Positions 58,711 through 64,000 of a stretch of DNA of 64,000 nucleotides are shown here, in pieces. Origin of the DNA: Gemmatimonadales bacterium (GTDB taxonomy: Bacteria > Gemmatimonadota > Gemmatimonadetes > Gemmatimonadales > GWC2-71-9); assembly GCA_039794085.1 (NCBI GenBank), contig JBDIWC010000011.1:1-64000 (forward strand). The letters run 5' to 3'. Each line of letters opens with the position of its first letter. Position 1 is the stretch's first letter. Both the position numbers and the translations under genes were made by a program. The notes under the pieces were generated by a model, which was given only the letters and a program-made list of their open reading frames with translations, was not told the origin of the DNA and ran no database searches.

Positions 58711-58952
58711 TCGCCCCTGCCCTCGTACACCCGTCCTCGAATCTCGGCCCATGAGCAGCTGCCCAGGTCCGGTTGGAGCCCCTCTCCGGCGAAGGAGACC
58801 TTCCGCAACCGGAACTGGGTCCGCTTCTTTCGTTCGTCCAGGAGGCGACGAAGGCCCTCCTCGATGAGCGCGCGCATCGTGGTACCCTCGTCGGCCGCGC
58901 GTTCGCGGACTTTGGCGAAGAGGGCGTCAGATATCTCGACGGTCGTCTTCAT
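58707..58952 (-). CDS. vapB: VapB antitoxin
   Basis: MKTTVEISD.L....RALIEEGLR; overlaps vapC. Confidence 0.92.
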   Translation of the reverse strand: MKTTVEISDALFAKVRERAADEGTTMRALIEEGLRRLLDERKKRTQFRLRKVSFAGEGLQPDLGSCSWAEIRGRVYEGRGE

Positions 58953-59128
58953 ACATAAGGATTTACTCTATAAGCCATATCTATGTCAATATTCCACCGA
59001 TCCGACAAACGTTCCCTAGGCTCAAGCCGGGATGCTGTGCCTCTTCTCTTTCGTGCATTTTCGTGCTTTTCGTGGTTCCCCCGGGGCTGAAGCTCGGCTA
59101 CTCTGGCGAAAGGATCTAAAGCAGAGAT

Positions 59129-60394
59129 TCACCGGGCGAAGCTCAACCGGTCCAGCCCGATCCGGCCGTTGCTCACCACGAGGAGCGGGTCCCGCAGGGT
59201 TCCCGGATCCACGAGGGGGTTCCGCTCGACCACCACGAGGTCGGCTTCGTACCCGGCTTCAACCACGCCGATTCTCCGCTCCATTCGGAGCATCTCCGCC
59301 GCGGTGATCGTCGCCGCCTGGAGCGCTGCGAGGGGCGGGAGGCCAACGTCGATCAGGCGGAGGATCTCGCCCGAGACCCGGGCCATGCTCTGGGGACCGT
59401 ATCCGGTGTCGGCGCCGGTCACGATCCGCACGCCCAGCGCATGGGCGCGGGCGATGGTCTCACGGAGACGGGGGAGCATGTGCCGCCCGCGGAGCAGCAG
59501 GTCGCGGTTGTCGTAGTCACCGCCCACGGCGGCGAGGTCGTACACGATGTCGATCGTCGGTACGTAGTAGATCCCCTGCCGAGCCATGAGCTGCAGGGCC
59601 TCCTCGGACAGATAGGTCCCGTGCTCGATGCTCCGCACCCCCGCCTTCACCGCCGCGAGGGCCCCCTCGGCGCCATGGGCATGGGCCATGACCGGAACAT
59701 CGCCCGCCCTCGCCTCCTCGACCACGGCTCGCAGCTCTTCCTCGGTGAACATCTGCTTTCGCGGGTCGGTGTCCGGGAGGCCAGCGCGTTCCGTCCCCAT
59801 CGTCTTGATCCAGTCCACGCCATGCTGGATCGTCTTGATCCAGTCCACGCCATGCTGGACGTTGGCCCGCACCACGGCGCGAAGGGCATCCACGGTTGGG
59901 GCCGCACCGAGCAGGTCGAGAGGGAGGGATGGATCGACCAGGAAGGCATCCTCGCTGAGCCCGCCTCGGATGTGGTATCCCGCGGCCACGACATCGGGAC
60001 CGGTGAGTGCACCCTTCTTCACCAGCTCCCGGAGCCCCACGTCGAGCCACATCGCGCCGCCGGCACTTCGCACCGTGGTGACCCCGCTCTCCAGCGCGGT
60101 CTTGAGGGATCGGGAGTTGGTCACATGGACGTGGGCATCCACCAGGCCCGGAATCACGTGGCGGCCCCGGACGTCGAGGACTCGGGCTCCCGCCGGGACC
60201 GGACTTCCGGCCGGATCGATGGAGGCGATCAGGCCATCGCGGAGCAGAACGGTGACGTTCTCGCGGACGGTTCCGTCTCTCACATTCACCACGTTGGCGT
60301 GGATCAAGGCGACGGGATCCTGCGCCGAGGCGAAAGGAGTGTCGGCCGCCAGGAGCGCGAGGAGGAGAAGGGCCAGGCGGCGGTGGTAGGTCAT
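59129..60394 (-). CDS. Exported amidohydrolase family protein
   Basis: Signal peptide; PGLVDAHVH, GVTTVR, AHAHG, SIEHG, G.ADLVV. Confidence 0.92.
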   Translation of the reverse strand: MTYHRRLALLLLALLAADTPFASAQDPVALIHANVVNVRDGTVRENVTVLLRDGLIASIDPAGSPVPAGARVLDVRGRHVIPGLVDAHVHVTNSRSLKTALESGVTTVRSAGGAMWLDVGLRELVKKGALTGPDVVAAGYHIRGGLSEDAFLVDPSLPLDLLGAAPTVDALRAVVRANVQHGVDWIKTIQHGVDWIKTMGTERAGLPDTDPRKQMFTEEELRAVVEEARAGDVPVMAHAHGAEGALAAVKAGVRSIEHGTYLSEEALQLMARQGIYYVPTIDIVYDLAAVGGDYDNRDLLLRGRHMLPRLRETIARAHALGVRIVTGADTGYGPQSMARVSGEILRLIDVGLPPLAALQAATITAAEMLRMERRIGVVEAGYEADLVVVERNPLVDPGTLRDPLLVVSNGRIGLDRLSFAR

Positions 60395-60705
60395 GGCGTC
60401 GGCTCCGGAGAGGACGTAGGGCAACACAGGACGTAGGACGTAGGACATAGGACATAGAACATTAGGACACAGAACATAGGACAGAGCACAGACTCCCCCT
60501 AGACGCCAACCACAAAAAGCACAAAAAACACAAGAGGTACAAAAGCAGAGATCCGCCGGTTCGTCACCCTCCGCAGAGTCTCGTGCCCTTTGTGCCTTCT
60601 GTGCCTCTTGTGGCCATTTCCCCACCGACCTGACGCCGGAGCACCTGCCGCACCCCCGGAAAGTCAACCACACAAAGCCGGGGGAGCCCCCATTCGAGCC
60701 GAGAT

Positions 60706-62265
60706 CTATCGCCGGGCGGGCTGGTCCGGTTGCGGCATGGTCCGCAGGATGAACTCCCGCACGTCGTCGTTCGAGGTGGCGAGGTCGTCCTGGCGCAGGT
60801 ACATCATGTGCCCCGACCGATACCCCTTCCAGGTCATCCGGTCCTGGAACCGCCCCGACGGGTCCATGTTCCACATGGTGTACTTGGCGTCGAAATACGG
60901 TGTCCCGCCGTCGAAGTACCCCGACTGCACCATCACATGGAGATACGGATTGGTGGCCATGGCCTGACGAAGGTTTTCCCCGGTCTGGTCGCCATTCCGG
61001 TTCCAGGGATTCACGGGACCGAAGAGCCAGTACTGAAGATCGGTTTTCCAGCCCAGGACGTCGCGCAGGTAGTGGTTGATGGCGGGCGCGAAGGCGTGGT
61101 TCCAGGCGGTCAGGGCGGGGTCGAAATCGGGGGAGACCCCGGCGTCCTCCCGGTCGAGACCGCGGTACCGCGAGTCGAGGCGACCTACCGTAAGTCCTCG
61201 GCTCCGGAGCAATTCCTTCCAGAAGAAGGAGGTGGGAATCGCCATGGCGTGCTGGCGGACCGCGTCCTCGCTGAGCCCGCTGTACCGGGCCACCTGCGCG
61301 GTGAGCCGGTTCCGTTCCGCCTCGGCGAGGGAGCCCCCGCGCACCAGGGCGGGGACGAGCTCGGTGACGGTGAACTGCTCCACCTCGGGCAGGAGCTGGT
61401 CGAGGTCGCGGTTCTGGAGATCGGCGGACAGCGCCTGGTGGTACCAGGCGGTGGCGGTGAAGTAGGGAAGCTTGAGCGCCGCTCCGACCGGACCGTCGCG
61501 GTCCACTCCCATGTTGGTGGGAGACACGAGGATCACGCCATTGAAGTACATCCAGTGGGACCCTTGCAGTCGCTGCGCGAGGCCGGAGACGCGGGTGGTT
61601 CCGTAGCTCTCGCCGATCAGGTACTTGGGGCTGGTCCACCGGCCGTGCCGGGTGACAAAGGCATCGACCCACCGGGCGAGATAGGCGATGTCCTCATTGA
61701 CGCCGAAGAACTGCTCGCGCTTCTGCTCGCCGATGATCCGGGAGAAGCCGGTGTTCACCGGGTCGACGTAGACGATGTCGGCCACGTCGAGAATCGAGTG
61801 GGTGTTGTCCTGGATTCCGTAAGGCTGGACCGGAAATCCCTCCGCGTCGATCCGGAGGAGCTTGGGGCCGGTGTAGGCCACATGCATCCAGACCGAGGCG
61901 GACCCGGGGCCGCCGTTGAAGGAGATGACCAGCGGGCGGTTCGAGCGGTCGGTCACGTCCGAGCGCTGGTAGTAGGTGTGGAACATCGTGGCGATCGGGG
62001 TTCCGTTCTCGTCCCACACCGGCTGGTTGCCCACGGTGACCCGGTAGGGGACCCGATTTCCGCCGATCATGGCCGTGGCCTCGCGGGTGATCAGGGAGTC
62101 GGTGGGGACCCGCACCCGGCCGGCCATGGTGTCGGCCCGGACGCCCGCGGGGGCGGGTCGCTGGCCGGGAGCTCCAGGCGGAGGACCACCGGGACGCCCC
62201 TGGGCCGGCAGCGACGGGGTCAGGAGGACACTGGTGGCGAGGAGAACGGCGAGGGGACGCATCAT
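60706..62265 (-). CDS. Serine carboxypeptidase (peptidase S10)
   Basis: FNGGPGS, DPVNTGFSR, GESYG, SGHMMY. Confidence 0.93.
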   Translation of the reverse strand: MMRPLAVLLATSVLLTPSLPAQGRPGGPPPGAPGQRPAPAGVRADTMAGRVRVPTDSLITREATAMIGGNRVPYRVTVGNQPVWDENGTPIATMFHTYYQRSDVTDRSNRPLVISFNGGPGSASVWMHVAYTGPKLLRIDAEGFPVQPYGIQDNTHSILDVADIVYVDPVNTGFSRIIGEQKREQFFGVNEDIAYLARWVDAFVTRHGRWTSPKYLIGESYGTTRVSGLAQRLQGSHWMYFNGVILVSPTNMGVDRDGPVGAALKLPYFTATAWYHQALSADLQNRDLDQLLPEVEQFTVTELVPALVRGGSLAEAERNRLTAQVARYSGLSEDAVRQHAMAIPTSFFWKELLRSRGLTVGRLDSRYRGLDREDAGVSPDFDPALTAWNHAFAPAINHYLRDVLGWKTDLQYWLFGPVNPWNRNGDQTGENLRQAMATNPYLHVMVQSGYFDGGTPYFDAKYTMWNMDPSGRFQDRMTWKGYRSGHMMYLRQDDLATSNDDVREFILRTMPQPDQPARR

Positions 62266-62486
62266 CGGGAATCCCTGGGTGACGGTGGAGGGGATCCCCG
62301 CATTCTACGATGTCGCGTGGTGCAAGGCAATCGGGGCGATCCGGGGTGACGCCGGGACGGGTGAACTCGTAGATTGAGGATGCCCCTCCCGACCCGGAAC
62401 GGCACCCTCGATCCGGCGTGGCTCACACATGGTTCCCGGAGAGCGGGAGGACCGGGGATCCCGACCCATTCTTCCGGGAGGGCCGC

Positions 62487-62990
62487 ATGACATCCGTACC
62501 TGCCAGGTGGAGGGAGGGAGTGATGGTGGGCCTGATCGCCTACGCCGCCGTGGCGATCTTCTACACCGCCTTCGACGTTCTGGCTGCCCGCGGGGCATTC
62601 CACACCATCAACGTCCTGGGCCGCGCGGTGTTCCGGGGCCTCCGGGATCCCGGAGTGCTGCTCCTTCCGGTGCCTCTCGACTTCACCGCCATCTTCTGGT
62701 ACAACGCGCTGCACCTCGTGCTGTCGCTGGTCATCGGCCTGATCGTCGTGTCCCTGGTGCACGACGCGGAACGGAATCCCGGTCACGCCCGTGTGGTGCT
62801 GGCGGTCATCATCGCGGGATTCGTGGTGACGGTGCTGGCGGTGGGTGCGCTGACGGCCCCGATGCGGCCGGTGCTCCCCTGGTGGTCGATCGTGGTGGCC
62901 AACGGTTGTGCCACCCTGTTTGCCGGGATCTGGCTGGTGCGGAAACACCCGGGACTCTGGGGACGTCTCCTCTCTCCGGCGCCGGCGTGA
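62487..62990 (+). CDS. Membrane protein (about 4 TM)
   Basis: GGAGG RBS; hydrophobic helices. Confidence 0.75.
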   Translation: MTSVPARWREGVMVGLIAYAAVAIFYTAFDVLAARGAFHTINVLGRAVFRGLRDPGVLLLPVPLDFTAIFWYNALHLVLSLVIGLIVVSLVHDAERNPGHARVVLAVIIAGFVVTVLAVGALTAPMRPVLPWWSIVVANGCATLFAGIWLVRKHPGLWGRLLSPAPA

Positions 62991-63021
62991 GGTTCTCCCG
63001 CGCGACCATAGGAATAACAAG

Positions 63022-64000
63022 ATGATTTTCTTCGTGGTCGAGCCGAGCCGCAGTTTCGGATTCCGGTACTTCATCGAGGATCGCGCCCATGATCAGCGCG
63101 ATCGTTTTCACCTTCTTGACCCGGGCCTGTTACAGCGTGACCCCCGGTTTGTCCCGGGCACGTATGTCTTCACGCTGGACGACCTGCTCCCCGCCGAGGT
63201 CGAGGCCTATGACGCATTGTGGAGCCAACTGGGGCAACACAGTCCCGAGGTGCGCCTGCTCAATCATCCCCGCCAGACCATGGGACGCCTCGCGCTGCTC
63301 CACGCGCTCCACGCCTCGGGCCGAAGTCGTGTCCGTGCGGTCCGGGCAACGGAGCCCGTGGAGTCGCTTCGCTTTCCGGTCTTTCTGCGGGAGGAGACGC
63401 GGCATACCGGCACCCGGACACCGTTGCTTCATTCTCCCGGCGAACTGCGCCGTGCCCTGCGGAAGCTCGCGCTCCGTGGGTTTCACCGGGGCGAGCTGTT
63501 GGTGGTCGAGTTCTGCGACACGGCCGATTCCGAAGGCATCTTCCGGAAGTATTCCGCCTACATCGTGGGCGATCGCGTCATTCCCCGATGCCTCGAGTTC
63601 GGCAACGCCTGGATGGTGAAACACGACGCGCGCAGGTACACTCCTGACCGCCTCATCGAGGAGCGGGAGTTCGTGGAGTCGAATCCGCATGAGGTCGCAC
63701 TGCGTGGGATCTTTGCTCTGGCCCACGTGCAGTATGGCCGGATCGACTATGCCCTGCTCGATGGGGCGTTGCAGGTCTGGGAAATCAACCTCAATCCGAC
63801 CATTGGTCGCTACCGCCCTCATCAGGAAGATTCGACCGAGGTGCGGCGCGTGCGCGAGCTCCGCCGGGACACCAACGACATTTTCTATGGTCGATTCCTC
63901 GCCGCGTGGGATGCACTCGACACCCACCCCACCACGGAGGACACCGTTGCCGTCCAGGTAGATGAGCGCCTGTGGCGTGCGGCACGCGCCGAGCGGGCGG
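63022..64000 (+). CDS. 3'-partial ATP-grasp-like protein (not in the ORF track)
   Basis: Translated by hand: MIFFVVEPS...LLNHP...FPVFLRE...LVVEFCDT...FRKY...YGRIDY...QVWEINLNP; open to the window end. Confidence 0.7.
   Translation, partial: MIFFVVEPSRSFGFRYFIEDRAHDQRDRFHLLDPGLLQRDPRFVPGTYVFTLDDLLPAEVEAYDALWSQLGQHSPEVRLLNHPRQTMGRLALLHALHASGRSRVRAVRATEPVESLRFPVFLREETRHTGTRTPLLHSPGELRRALRKLALRGFHRGELLVVEFCDTADSEGIFRKYSAYIVGDRVIPRCLEFGNAWMVKHDARRYTPDRLIEEREFVESNPHEVALRGIFALAHVQYGRIDYALLDGALQVWEINLNPTIGRYRPHQEDSTEVRRVRELRRDTNDIFYGRFLAAWDALDTHPTTEDTVAVQVDERLWRAARAERA

Noticed and set aside
59129..61672. 847-aa fusion protein
   Set aside because: The N-terminal part overlaps the S10 peptidase in another frame and crosses repeats; the real start with a signal peptide is at 60394
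63130..63927. 265-aa minus-strand ORF
   Set aside because: The opposite-strand frame from 63022 has recognisable motifs and is the better gene call
1..64000. tRNA, rRNA or prophage genes
   Set aside because: None recognised by eye; tRNAscan-SE and Infernal were not run, so small RNAs could have been missed

Overview
High-GC bacterial window; the gene repertoire suggests Gemmatimonadota (inference). It is largely accessory and recombination-scarred DNA. (1) A lower-GC putative defence island at about 6.2-12.6 kb: vsr and a C5 cytosine methyltransferase on the minus strand, divergent from a translationally coupled operon of a GHKL/MORC-like ATPase and two unknown proteins, followed by a small GIY-YIG protein. 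I cannot match it to a named system, and it is my best candidate for an undescribed one. (2) An integron integrase present as three collinear, overlapping fragments (40.2-39.8, 35.6-35.4 and 26.7-26.4 kb). They bracket a CsgG-like/lipoprotein operon and a six-gene group-4 [NiFe]-hydrogenase-type operon, and a co-oriented gene-cassette array with recognisable attC/core sites follows the intI 3' end. (3) A tandem Uma2 pair with a swapped central segment, a subclass B3 metallo-beta-lactamase, about six toxin-antitoxin modules or remnants, an arsRDA-acr3 operon, a heparinase-like/aminotransferase/amidohydrolase operon, a GH20 and an S10 peptidase. (4) Many pseudogenes and several families of short-period hairpin repeats at intergenic junctions. 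No rRNA, tRNA or CRISPR array was recognised. All family calls come from motif recognition by eye; no database searches were run.
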